From Gammaproteobacteria bacterium (GTDB taxonomy: Bacteria; Pseudomonadota; Gammaproteobacteria; Eutrophobiales; Eutrophobiaceae): a DNA stretch of 64,000 nucleotides. The notes under the pieces were generated by a model that saw nothing but the letters and a program-made list of their open reading frames with translations, was not told where the DNA came from and made no database searches. The stretch spans positions 320,001-384,000 of the forward strand of contig OZ244905.1 of NCBI GenBank assembly GCA_965221695.1, written 5' to 3'. The position numbers were made by a program, and so were the translations under genes. Shown one piece after another: positions 63,012-64,000 of the stretch. Each line of letters begins with the position of its first letter. Positions within the stretch are counted from its first letter, which is position 1.

Positions 63012-64000
63012 TCAAATAAATGAACTTAAAATATCAAGTGATTTATCAATTTGTGTCACGCTGTTATAGTAATGGGGAGAAAATCGGATTGCGCCGCCGC
63101 GTAGAGCGCAGATGACCTGATTCTGCATTAGCTGTTGATATAATATTTGTGGAGTTGTCCCGATGACATTAAAAGCGACAATGCCTGCTCTTTGGCGCGG
63201 ATGCGCGGGCGTAATGAGACGAACATTGCCAAGTTCTGTCAGTCTTTGCATCAGGTAGGAAACCTTGTGTTGCAGCTCTCGCTCGATCCAGTCTATGCCC
63301 AACTCTTCGATCAGGCTCAGACTAGCAGACAGGGCAAAGATGCCCAACAGGTTGTTTGAGCCCGGTTCAAAGCGTCGGGCGGTTTCTGAGGGCTGCCAGG
63401 CGCTGATATCGAAATCATCCGGCGTTGTGGTCATGTGCCAGCCGTACTGGCACAAGCTCAATTGGTCCCGAACCGTCTCATTGCAATAAAACAAGGCAAT
63501 GCCTTCCGGCCCCAACATCCATTTGTGGCCGTCAGCCATAACGAAGTCAGCCCGAATCTTCCGCACATCGATGGCATGCGCGCCGATACTCTGGATGGCG
63601 TCGACACAAAACAGGATCTCGTTGGCTTTGCAAAATTCTCCCAAACGTTCCAGGTCCAGCCGAATACCACTGCTGAATTGCACCGAACTAACGCTGAGCA
63701 ACCGGGTGCGGTCATCACATGCCTCGATCAATGCCTGTTCCGGAGGTCGCTTGCGGATATTCACCTTTTTCAGAATGACACCGTGTTTCTTTTGCGCGTC
63801 CCAGGGTATCCAGTTGGAAGGAAATTCCTCGGCGGACGTTACCACGTTATCACCTTGCTTCCAACTGATGCCTGACGCCACGACTGATAAGGCTTCCGAG
63901 GTGTTTTTCAGCAAAGCGATATCATCCGTTGACGGCGCGTTGATAAGTTCTTTGATCTGGCCGCGCAAGCGGTTTTCTTTTTCACTGAACAAGTGGTACC
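63012..64000 (-). CDS. Class V PLP-dependent aminotransferase (cysteine desulfurase-like), truncated by window end
   Basis: NTSEAL, EFPSN, VDAIQS.G, ADGHKWMLGPEG, IRFSPHYYN. Confidence 0.88.
   Translation of the reverse strand, partial: YHLFSEKENRLRGQIKELINAPSTDDIALLKNTSEALSVVASGISWKQGDNVVTSAEEFPSNWIPWDAQKKHGVILKKVNIRKRPPEQALIEACDDRTRLLSVSSVQFSSGIRLDLERLGEFCKANEILFCVDAIQSIGAHAIDVRKIRADFVMADGHKWMLGPEGIALFYCNETVRDQLSLCQYGWHMTTTPDDFDISAWQPSETARRFEPGSNNLLGIFALSASLSLIEELGIDWIERELQHKVSYLMQRLTELGNVRLITPAHPRQRAGIVAFNVIGTTPQILYQQLMQNQVICALRGGAIRFSPHYYNSVTQIDKSLDILSSFI

Noticed and set aside
62589-63069. ORFs 62589-62894 (-) and 62668-63069 (+)
   Set aside because: They only translate the repeat elements

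Overview
A 64 kb segment of a gammaproteobacterial chromosome (SMC rather than MukB; rpoE-lepA-rnc-era and rpmF-plsX-fab gene orders). The left half (about 4.9-30.6 kb) is a large catabolic region with no regulator gene. It combines (i) an aromatic-amine-type TTQ amine dehydrogenase, (ii) two paralogous Rieske oxygenase alpha subunits resembling indole-3-acetate-degradation IadD, with a beta subunit, ActP-type symporter, CoA ligase, Cys-less thiolase/DUF35 pair and SDR, (iii) a split 2-aminobenzoyl-CoA monooxygenase/reductase (abm-type) gene set, and (iv) a Na+-pumping glutaconyl-CoA decarboxylase with a non-decarboxylating glutaryl-CoA dehydrogenase, a module known mainly from strict anaerobes. 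My inference is a tryptamine/indole-acetate to anthraniloyl-CoA to glutaconyl-CoA pathway that ends in an energy-conserving decarboxylation. The right half is housekeeping genes with apparent local gene losses (zipA, rseB/C, acpS, yceD reduced to a stub, pilZ) and an apparent rluC-rne inversion. A modular multi-hairpin MITE-like repeat with IS5-like ends and compensatory base changes occurs as two full and six partial copies. No rRNA, tRNA, CRISPR array or transposase was seen. All family assignments come from motifs and recalled family knowledge, not from database searches.
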